Virus record (IMG/VR): IMGVR_UViG_3300009164_000039
Source: a virus
Length of the DNA: 64,000 bases
Reading direction: 5' to 3' (one strand)
Below are positions 1 through 7,143 of the stretch, one piece after another. A program made the position numbers and the translations under genes. Below the pieces are notes generated by a model. The model worked only from the letters and a program-made list of their open reading frames with translations. It was not told the DNA's origin and made no database searches. The first letter of the stretch is position 1. Each line of letters starts with the position of its first letter.

Positions 1-1574
1 CCAGGTGTGATACCCACGCTACGCAATGCACTGCCACCTTCCTGTGACACTGCGCTTTCTGCTTCGCCGTGTTCTTCTGCCCACATACGATCGTTTTCTG
101 CCATTTCAGCTTCTGTGAGGCCTAGATAGCGTGTGAGCAAGAAGCGTTTGCTAAAGTATGGCAGTGCTTCTAGCTGTGTAAATGTAGCGATACGTGCAGT
201 GTCCACGTCTGCCTGACGATACTGTGCAAAGTTTTGCGGTTCAGTAAAGATCAAATCAAACAACTGTCCGTCAATGTTGACACCGCGCCACTTCATAAAC
301 AGCTTGAATTCTTCGTCTAGCTTGTGTGCCATTGCCGCTTGCAGTCGCTTGCAGTACTGGTTGAAACGCCATTCTTGTATTAGTGCTGTGCCTACTTTAC
401 CGTCAGTAAAGCTGGCTGTACCGTCATCTAGTCCTGTGGGTAAGTAGCTGGACGGTATGCGCAGGCCACGGAACAGCTTGTTGGTAAAGAATCGCAGGTC
501 TGTGATTTCACCTAGGTTAGTACCGCCTGCTAGTGTTTCTACAGAAGATCCACGACCGTCTGCTGTGGTAGGAAAAAAGTAGTCTTCGTTGGTGCTGAGT
601 GGGTTATATGTGGCATCCATCATGTTTGTGCCACCACCTGTTTGTGTGGGTATACGGCGCTGATGCACTTCGTTCTTGATACGTTCCACAAACGCCATGG
701 CCATGTGACTTGGCATGTTGCCCACGTCAATCTTGAAAATTCTACGCTCTGGCGCACGTTGCACACGATAGATAATGATAGCGTCTTCCAGCAGTTCTTT
801 TTGCTTGAACACTTTGAAAATGTTTTCTAGTACACTGATACCAAACGGCCAGTATACATCTAGTCCTTCAGTTAGGCTTAGGTGTAGTATGTGCTGTGCT
901 TCAATTGCACTTTCATTTTTGGCATGAGCAAAACGACTGCCACCTGCAAATGGTGTGTTAGACTGCACATAACTGCCTTGTGCGCCACCCATTTGTGGGT
1001 GATTTGTATATGTGTCACTGGCTGCAACTGCGGTCACTGTCAAATTTTGAAAGTTGATGTTTAGATCTTTAAGCAGGTACTGTTCGGGCTCTTTGCCTTC
1101 TGCTTCGTTTACAATAACTTTGGTAACTTTGGTCATTTCTACCCAGAACAGTTTGAATGTTTCTGGATCACGCAGGAAAATTTGGTCGCCGTACTTTAGT
1201 GTGTTGCGCACAATTTTGAACATGCGCTTGTTGAATTCGTTTAGACTCACCCACTGCTGTAACTGCTCTTTGATGATTTTGATTTCGTTATCAGTAGGTT
1301 GTTCCTTGAAACTGATGTCAAATGGTGTGCCATTGTCTTCATTTGGCTGTGAACAAAATTCCGCAAGAATGTCCAGTGCGGCATTGACCTCACTGTCCAT
1401 ATCCATTTGTTCGTACTGATTGTAGCGTTCTACACGATTTGGGTGCCCAATGTATACTTCAGGCAATTGGCTTTGGTAATTTCTAAAATCGGGGTTGACT
1501 GGCTGTTCTCTTCCAGATATTGGACTGAAGTTGCTGGCCGGCGTTGGCGCCTTAAAGTATTTTTTCCATGACAT
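1..1574 (-). CDS. gp20: Portal protein, T4 gp20-like (3' end runs off the left edge of the window)
   Basis: Manual translation from ATG at 1574 (MSWKKYFKAPTP...) stays open to the window edge. It contains RYNQYEQMDMDSEVNAALDILAEF, LKYGDQIF, LEDAIIIYRVQRAPERRIFKIDVGNMP and EDYFFP, which are typical gp20 motifs. Missing from the ORF track because it has no stop inside the window. Confidence 0.93.
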   Translation of the reverse strand, partial: MSWKKYFKAPTPASNFSPISGREQPVNPDFRNYQSQLPEVYIGHPNRVERYNQYEQMDMDSEVNAALDILAEFCSQPNEDNGTPFDISFKEQPTDNEIKIIKEQLQQWVSLNEFNKRMFKIVRNTLKYGDQIFLRDPETFKLFWVEMTKVTKVIVNEAEGKEPEQYLLKDLNINFQNLTVTAVAASDTYTNHPQMGGAQGSYVQSNTPFAGGSRFAHAKNESAIEAQHILHLSLTEGLDVYWPFGISVLENIFKVFKQKELLEDAIIIYRVQRAPERRIFKIDVGNMPSHMAMAFVERIKNEVHQRRIPTQTGGGTNMMDATYNPLSTNEDYFFPTTADGRGSSVETLAGGTNLGEITDLRFFTNKLFRGLRIPSSYLPTGLDDGTASFTDGKVGTALIQEWRFNQYCKRLQAAMAHKLDEEFKLFMKWRGVNIDGQLFDLIFTEPQNFAQYRQADVDTARIATFTQLEALPYFSKRFLLTRYLGLTEAEMAENDRMWAEEHGEAESAVSQEGGSALRSVGITP

Positions 1575-1597
1575 TATTGGGATTCCCTAGTGTGTTA

Positions 1598-1605
1598 TAT
1601 TTAAC
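1598..1605 (-). promoter_or_regulatory. Putative late promoter (GTTAAATA) upstream of portal gene
   Basis: Reverse complement of tatttaac, about 24 nt upstream of the portal ATG. Matches the TAAATA core found before other structural genes (T4 late consensus TATAAATA). Confidence 0.55.
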
Positions 1606-1611
1606 CCTAGA

Positions 1612-4600
1612 TTACAAACTCGATTGATAATGACGTTCAGCAATGTCTTTATGTCTGCCCAGTGTGTCAATCATTTCACGTTGTTGTTCTATTTGCTTTT
1701 GGCTGATCATCACCAGCTGGCTCATGTTGTCTGTTAGTGTTTTCATTTCTGGGCTTGCTTCTGCTCGAGGCTTATCCTGCTTGGCAAGTTTGGTATCGTC
1801 TGATTTGGCTTCTTCTTTTTTAGGAGCAACTGGTTTCATTGCATCTGTCATTGCTGCCACTTGCCCTGCAAGGCCGCCTACCACTGCACCCATTGGGCCG
1901 CCTACCATAAAGCCAGCGCCTGCGCCGGTCAGTAGATCTTTGTTTTTACTAGCAAAGTCTCCAATGATGCCTTTGTCAGAGAACGCATTCTTGATGCTGT
2001 CCATTGCACCACTCACAGGATCTTTGCCTGCATTGTCTTTGTTGAGTCCCTGTGCCTTGCCCATCAGCTGTGCAAGTTCAGGATTGTCTTTCATGTACTT
2101 GTCAAACTGTTCCTTGCTTGCAGGCTTGCCGTTGATGGTAAATGTTTCTGACTGCTTGCCTGTAACAGGTTGAGTGTTACCAATGTTAAAGAAGCTTTTG
2201 GCTGAGTCTACTAGTCCGCCTAACACACCTTTTTCTTTGTTGTCTTTGGCTGTGACATTTTCAACCAGTGTGCCAATACCCCCGCCAAGTATGGTACCAA
2301 GTCCTGGAAGTAACATTGTGCCAATGGCCGCGCCCACTGCTGTGCCACTGTTTAGTCCCATCTTTTCTAAAAAGTTTGGCTCGTCTTTTTTATCACTGCC
2401 TTTAGTTTTTGCAGTACTAGCTTTTTCTGCTGTCTTGCGCTTCCAGTCTGCAAACTGTTCGTCTGTCATGCTCTTGCGAGCCAACCGTTCTACCTGCAAC
2501 GATTCCATGCGGGCCATGTCTTGCTTGCTCAGGCTGTCTAGTTGTACGTTTACTAGTTTGCTATTGTTGTCTAACTGCTGACCAAACAATGATCTAGTTT
2601 GAGCAAACTGTTCATCAAAGTTTGATTGATTCAAGCTTCTTGTTTTGTCGAGGTCTGCCAGCATTGTGCTGGTTGTTAGCTTGGATCCAACTTGGAAGTC
2701 ATCAAACAACTTGCTGCCAAAATCAGTGGCTTCAAAGTTAACTGGCTGTCTCATGGCTGCAAACATTTTGTCAAAGCTGCCAGTATTTGTATTGCCCTTA
2801 CCTTCGCCGGGTGTTGGTTTGACCATGTCAAACGTTTTACTCAAACTAGATGTCATTGTTGAACCCATGCTACCAAAGCCTGAGTTCAATGTTTCTGTAA
2901 TTGTATTTTTTTGTGCTTCTGCCAATGCCATTGGGTCAATGCTAGGTATACTAACGTCCAATGGTACCTTGCCGCCCACAGTAGGAATAACTGCTTCCTC
3001 TCCGTGCAATGCCACTGCATAGCCACTTTCAGGACCTGATGCTATACCACCACGTGCATATCCGTTTTTCTTAAAATATGCAGTTTCTGCATCAACCCGC
3101 TCTTTTCTTACATCGTCAACTGTTTTACCAGTCATAGCTTGTAGCAGACCACTCATCAACCCACCAGTTAATGTATCAGTTACTGCTCCAGCTTTTTCAA
3201 TACCCCGGGCGGCACCAGACTCTGCTTTCTGGTACCATTTCATCTTCTTCCAGTTTTCGTCGTCTTGCTGGTCAATTTGAGATTTACCAGCTTGTTTGCT
3301 ACCTGCTCCTAATCCAAGTTCATTGATTGCAGTTCTTACACTTTCAAGCATTGCTTTGCTTACTTCAGCAAACTTTGCAATGGCTGGCGTTAGCAGATCT
3401 TGCAGTGCAAGTTTCAAATCTTGTGCGGCTTTTTCGGCACCGATCACACTGTTTGTCAGTGCGTCTGACGTAGTTTTTGCGGCTTCTGTATTTTTCTTTG
3501 CGGCTTCTACACCTTCTGCTGTGTAGGTGTTTGCTTGTGTCAATGCGTCAGCCATTGCTTGCGCGGCACCTTTAACAGACTCTGCGCCTGAGTAGGCAGC
3601 AACACCCAGTGCTTGTTGACCTAGAATACTTTGTTTGATTTGTTCACCGTACTGTTGATTAAGATCTGCATTTGATGTTGCTGTGAGGTTACCTTGTTCA
3701 GCTAGTTTGAATGCTGCCTCGCCTTTAGCTCTTGCTCCATCAATGGTTGCTTCATAGATTGCACCTTCTTTATTGATAACTTCACCAAACACCATGCGGT
3801 CGCGGAAATTTTTCTTTTCCTGATCTGTCATAGTTGCCATGGCCGCGTCAAGTTGAGCACGTTGCTCTTGACTCATGCCAGCTACTTTTTGTTGGAATGC
3901 AAGCACAGCATTTTCCTGCTGTATTGCAGCCATTTTCTTTTTAGCATCCTCACCAGTAATAGAACTAATGAGTCTTAGATTTTCTGCATACTTGGCTGTT
4001 TGTTCTGCTACTTTTTTGTCGTCTAGTTTACCACCGCCTGCTTTACGCATGTTGGCCATGGTTTCTGCTGTGAGTGCTGCCTGTTCTTCAAAACTATACC
4101 CTAGTTTCAATAACTGATCTTGCACACCACTGTTTTTAAGCTGTTGCCCAACTCTACCAATCTGTTTAGCACCTTCTACAACACCAAGCCCTGACGAACC
4201 AATTAGTTCACTATTTGCACTAACTACTTTTGAAAACTGTTCAATCGTGAGTCCTGCTCCTGATGCCGCATTTCGCATACCAGTCATACCGTCGGCAAAT
4301 ATTGCGCCGCTGGCACTCATAGCATTGAATGCGCCAACTGTTTTTTCTACTTCTTTGCTCAGTACTTCAACGCCAAATTTGGCCAGCTTGCCCATGGCGT
4401 CAGATGCGGCACCAGTTACAGTGCCCAATACCTGAAGTCCTATTCCAACAAACTTGGCTGGCCCAGGTAACGCCGATAACGCACCACCTACACCAGACAT
4501 GACGCCACCAAGTGCTTTACCTGCACCGGCAGCAACATCTATACTGGCATTCATCAACCCAGATGCTAGCTCTGTTCCAGATGCATTGGATTGTAATCCT

Positions 4601-5052
4601 TTGATTAGTCCGCCAACGGCTTTGGTGGCACCGCTGGCCAGAGTCTTACTCATTTCTACTGCACCAGTTGTCACTGATGCACGTGCTTGATTTCTAGCTT
4701 CTTGTGCTTGTAATTCGTCTCGTTTGGTTTCTAATGCCGCTTTATCAAATTCACTGGTTGCATGTTTTGCGGCTTCTGACAGTCGATCAATATCAGCCTG
4801 CATGCTCTTGAAGGTGCTTTTGCCTGTGGCCAGTTCTTTGAAGAATGAACCAAATTCTGGCTTGGTTTTTTGTTTTAGATCTGTGCTGAGTTTGCGCAAC
4901 TCAATGTCTAGCTCAGCCGCAGTTAATCCAGCATCACCAATTTCTTTGATTTTCTTGGTAGTTGCGTCTGTCTCACCACGAAGTTTTCCAAAAGCCTCAA
5001 ATAGAGCTTTCATCATCATTTCTTGTTCGGGTGTCATTCCTTCTGCGGCCAT
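1612..5052 (-). CDS. Tail tape-measure-like protein (1146 aa)
   Basis: Long Ala/Gly/Lys/Glu/Gln-rich helical protein with the motif YARGGIASGPESGYAVALHGEEAVIP, common in tape-measure C-terminal regions. Lies next to baseplate-hub assembly genes and has a perfect TATAAATA upstream. Confidence 0.72.
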   Translation of the reverse strand: MAAEGMTPEQEMMMKALFEAFGKLRGETDATTKKIKEIGDAGLTAAELDIELRKLSTDLKQKTKPEFGSFFKELATGKSTFKSMQADIDRLSEAAKHATSEFDKAALETKRDELQAQEARNQARASVTTGAVEMSKTLASGATKAVGGLIKGLQSNASGTELASGLMNASIDVAAGAGKALGGVMSGVGGALSALPGPAKFVGIGLQVLGTVTGAASDAMGKLAKFGVEVLSKEVEKTVGAFNAMSASGAIFADGMTGMRNAASGAGLTIEQFSKVVSANSELIGSSGLGVVEGAKQIGRVGQQLKNSGVQDQLLKLGYSFEEQAALTAETMANMRKAGGGKLDDKKVAEQTAKYAENLRLISSITGEDAKKKMAAIQQENAVLAFQQKVAGMSQEQRAQLDAAMATMTDQEKKNFRDRMVFGEVINKEGAIYEATIDGARAKGEAAFKLAEQGNLTATSNADLNQQYGEQIKQSILGQQALGVAAYSGAESVKGAAQAMADALTQANTYTAEGVEAAKKNTEAAKTTSDALTNSVIGAEKAAQDLKLALQDLLTPAIAKFAEVSKAMLESVRTAINELGLGAGSKQAGKSQIDQQDDENWKKMKWYQKAESGAARGIEKAGAVTDTLTGGLMSGLLQAMTGKTVDDVRKERVDAETAYFKKNGYARGGIASGPESGYAVALHGEEAVIPTVGGKVPLDVSIPSIDPMALAEAQKNTITETLNSGFGSMGSTMTSSLSKTFDMVKPTPGEGKGNTNTGSFDKMFAAMRQPVNFEATDFGSKLFDDFQVGSKLTTSTMLADLDKTRSLNQSNFDEQFAQTRSLFGQQLDNNSKLVNVQLDSLSKQDMARMESLQVERLARKSMTDEQFADWKRKTAEKASTAKTKGSDKKDEPNFLEKMGLNSGTAVGAAIGTMLLPGLGTILGGGIGTLVENVTAKDNKEKGVLGGLVDSAKSFFNIGNTQPVTGKQSETFTINGKPASKEQFDKYMKDNPELAQLMGKAQGLNKDNAGKDPVSGAMDSIKNAFSDKGIIGDFASKNKDLLTGAGAGFMVGGPMGAVVGGLAGQVAAMTDAMKPVAPKKEEAKSDDTKLAKQDKPRAEASPEMKTLTDNMSQLVMISQKQIEQQREMIDTLGRHKDIAERHYQSSL

Positions 5053-5081
5053 ATTTTTTCTCTTGGGTTATTTCTTTACGG

Positions 5082-5088
5082 TTAAATA
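5082..5088 (+). promoter_or_regulatory. Putative late promoter (TTAAATA) for gp26-like gene
   Basis: gttaaatac lies 35 nt upstream of ATG 5123 and forms half of a divergent promoter pair. Confidence 0.5.
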
Positions 5089-5104
5089 CACATGTACTCA
5101 ATTA

Positions 5105-5112
5105 TATTTATA
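5105..5112 (-). promoter_or_regulatory. T4-type late promoter TATAAATA for tape-measure gene
   Basis: Forward tatttata reads TATAAATA on the minus strand, an exact T4 late consensus, 53 nt upstream of ATG 5052. Confidence 0.65.
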
Positions 5113-5122
5113 GGATCAATAT

Positions 5123-5980
5123 ATGGACACTAAATCCGTCAAAGCACCTGCATCAAATCCGCTAGCAAAACATTTTAGACAACCCGCAATTTATCTTGCA
5201 CTACCAAGTCTTGGGCGCTGGTGGCCAGAAGGTTCACTGGACATGCCTGAAAATATGGAGATTCCTGTCTACCCAATGACCACAAAAGACGAAATCTTGC
5301 TTCGCACTCCTGATGCGTTGTTGAATGGATCTGGTGTTGTGGGTGTTATACAAAGCTGTTGCCCAAACATTAAAAATGCATGGGACATGCCTAGCATTGA
5401 TGTGGACCCTGTGCTGATTGCTATTCGCATCGCCAGCTACGGACACCGCATGGATTTTGGCGGACAATGCCCGCACTGCAATGAAAGCAATGATTATGCA
5501 ATTGACTTGCGCACAGTAAGTGACGGAATGAAATGCCCGGACTTTGATATTCCTGTGGAAAGCAATGATCTAAAAATTGTGTTGAAACCACAAAGATATT
5601 TTGCAGTGAATCAAAATAATCAACTGCGCTTTGAAGAACAGCGCATCATGAGCATTGTTACAGATGATTCAGACCCTGAACTAAAAACCAAAATGTTCAA
5701 TGAAAGCATGACCAAACTAAATCAGCTGAACATCGACGGCCTAGTATCCAGTACTACTTCAATCACAGTAGAAGATCAGGAAGTGACCGACGAAGCATTT
5801 ATCCGTGAATTCTTTGAACAAACAGACAGCAAGATTGTGCGACTGATTCAAACACGACTAACTGAAATGGCCATGGAAGCCAACGTCAAACCTGTGCCTG
5901 TCAGTTGCATGGAATGCAAAAAGCCATTCACTATCACAATCACATTTGACTACGCAAGTTTTTTCGCAACCGGCTCCTGA
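5123..5980 (+). CDS. Baseplate hub assembly protein, T4 gp26-like (285 aa)
   Basis: NPLAKHFRQPAIYLALPS, PVYPMTTKDEILLRTPDALLNG, IDVDPVLIAIRIASYG and two CxxC pairs (CPHC, CMEC) fit gp26-like hub/chaperone proteins. Divergent from the tape-measure gene. Confidence 0.7.
   Translation: MDTKSVKAPASNPLAKHFRQPAIYLALPSLGRWWPEGSLDMPENMEIPVYPMTTKDEILLRTPDALLNGSGVVGVIQSCCPNIKNAWDMPSIDVDPVLIAIRIASYGHRMDFGGQCPHCNESNDYAIDLRTVSDGMKCPDFDIPVESNDLKIVLKPQRYFAVNQNNQLRFEEQRIMSIVTDDSDPELKTKMFNESMTKLNQLNIDGLVSSTTSITVEDQEVTDEAFIREFFEQTDSKIVRLIQTRLTEMAMEANVKPVPVSCMECKKPFTITITFDYASFFATGS
5959..5965 (+). other. Candidate -1 programmed ribosomal frameshift site (T TTT TTC)
   Basis: X XXY YYZ heptamer in the correct phase (AGT TTT TTC), five codons before the stop. 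The -1 frame is open from 5950 and continuous with ORF 6007..6195. Confidence 0.55.
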
Positions 5981-6006
5981 CATTAGACAATGACGCAATT
6001 TCTCGT

Positions 6007-6195
6007 ATGATCGAGGGTTACGAGAAAGAGTCACGAGCCATTAGAGAAGAAGCGTTGCGTTTTAGTTGGTGGATGCGTGGAGGTTTATCATATGAAGACG
6101 CAATGATACTCAGTCGAGAAGAACGCGAAATCATTTCAGAAATTATCAAAGACAACTTGGAGAACACCAAGAAGTCAGGCATGCCAATGTTCTAA
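6007..6195 (+). CDS. Small tail/baseplate assembly ORF (gp51-like or chaperone 'T'-like); possibly the C-terminal part of a frameshift fusion
   Basis: 62 aa (WWMRGGLSYEDAMILSREEREII) directly after the gp26-like gene, in its -1 frame, with no clear Shine-Dalgarno before ATG 6007. Confidence 0.6.
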   Translation: MIEGYEKESRAIREEALRFSWWMRGGLSYEDAMILSREEREIISEIIKDNLENTKKSGMPMF

Positions 6196-6222
6196 CCCAT
6201 TCAAGACTTACTGCGTAAGTCT

Positions 6223-6258
6223 ATTGCTTTCGCTATGCGCTCAGCAATGATTTTTCTT
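6223..6258 (+). terminator. Possible intrinsic terminator for the gp26/gp51-like transcript
   Basis: Stem attgct (6223-6228)/agcaat (6243-6248) followed by gatttttctt, preceded by a perfect 8-bp hairpin agacttac/gtaagtct (6204-6222). The loop is large, so the call is weak. Confidence 0.35.
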
Positions 6259-6285
6259 CTACTAATATAAACGAGAGCGAAGCGA

Positions 6286-6661
6286 TAGTAAGTTTCATCT
6301 AGATTCTATGGTCACACTTTGCCCGCACAGGGCAAAGAAAGCTTCATCTGAGTTCTGACAGCACTTAGCGTTACAACAATTACAGAGGCGGTTGTCCGGT
6401 ACCTCGAGTTGCGTCTTTATAACAACGGCGATTTAGTATACATACGCTAACACATACACTAAACGTGTGCAATCGCTTGCACGTCTTTTCAGCCTTAACA
6501 TTTTGTTCAAACAATCAAACTGGGGCATTTAACCAGTCAACATCCTTTCGGGTAGTGATTGAGTACTCTGTACAGCGCAGAGAATTCCGTCCCTGTGATC
6601 CGAGATCCAGGTTTAGGACACCCGAGTTAGGCCGGTGCGAGCCAATACTGTTAACTTGCTA
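6286..6661 (-). ncRNA. Putative large structured non-coding RNA (family not recognised)
   Basis: Only long intergenic region in the window. Hairpins at 6317-6337 (8 bp), 6385-6405, 6432-6463 (13-14 bp with 4-5 G.U pairs only on the minus strand), 6467-6482 (GCGA GNRA loop on minus strand) and 6566-6582. A long-range 8/9-bp closing helix pairs 6653-6661 with 6286-6294. Confidence 0.6.
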
Positions 6662-6670
6662 GACTGAGTG

Positions 6671-7099
6671 TCAGAGTTTGTTGATTATGTGTGAGCCATG
6701 TACACGAACTTGAATGTGTCCGTTATAGTAGTCTGTTGATTCTAGCACTTTGCGTGTGAATTGTTCTCGGGCTTCGATGTATGAGCATTCTGCTTTGGAT
6801 TTACAAATAAAGAGGATTTCTCTGGTGAAGTTTTCTGTGCCCAGAGCAACAACATCTTTTGTTAGTTCCGGGCTTGAGCCATAATAGGTGCGCCAATCAC
6901 TGTCGATCTTGGAGCGGATTTTCTTTTTCTTTTTGGTGCCGTTTTTTAGCTTTACTGTTTTAAGTGTGGTCTTAGAAAATTTTGCTAGTTTTTTACCTAT
7001 GTACTTGCGGCCAGAGATAGTATTAGTGATCATGTAGACAAACCCAATGCAGTCATCGGGCAGTTCCTCTACTGTTTTGCCTTGAAAAGTCCATGTCAT
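6671..7099 (-). CDS. Stand-alone GIY-YIG endonuclease (Seg-like catalytic domain, 142 aa)
   Basis: GFVYMITN...KYIGKK, YYGSS, conserved E (YIEARE) and YYN. Has a Lys-rich insertion (KLKNGTKKKKKIRSK) and no C-terminal NUMOD/HTH DNA-binding modules. Confidence 0.85.
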   Translation of the reverse strand: MTWTFQGKTVEELPDDCIGFVYMITNTISGRKYIGKKLAKFSKTTLKTVKLKNGTKKKKKIRSKIDSDWRTYYGSSPELTKDVVALGTENFTREILFICKSKAECSYIEAREQFTRKVLESTDYYNGHIQVRVHGSHIINKL

Positions 7100-7143
7100 A
7101 ATACGTAAACATAATTATCTCGTGCGTCAGTGGGGTTAAAATA

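Noticed and set aside
642-4690. Plus-strand ORFs (642..830, 1054..1419, 1643..2173, 2174..2581, 2645..3022 and others)
   Set aside because: They are antisense shadows of the portal and tape-measure genes: Ser/Leu-rich, no motifs and no SD or promoter support.
6465-6662. 65-aa plus-strand ORF in the intergenic region
   Set aside because: GTG start without SD and no motif; overlaps helices whose G.U pattern favours a minus-strand RNA.
6196-6670. Known RNA classes (tRNA, tmRNA, group I/II intron, hammerhead, RNase P)
   Set aside because: No cloverleaf or CCA end, no P7 GACUA/UAGUC pair, no domain V, no CUGANGA...GAAA core. Only loose resemblance to RNase P CR-V (AUAGAAUCUAGAUGA) without a convincing P4, and no interrupted host gene. 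An Rfam scan is needed to exclude these fully.
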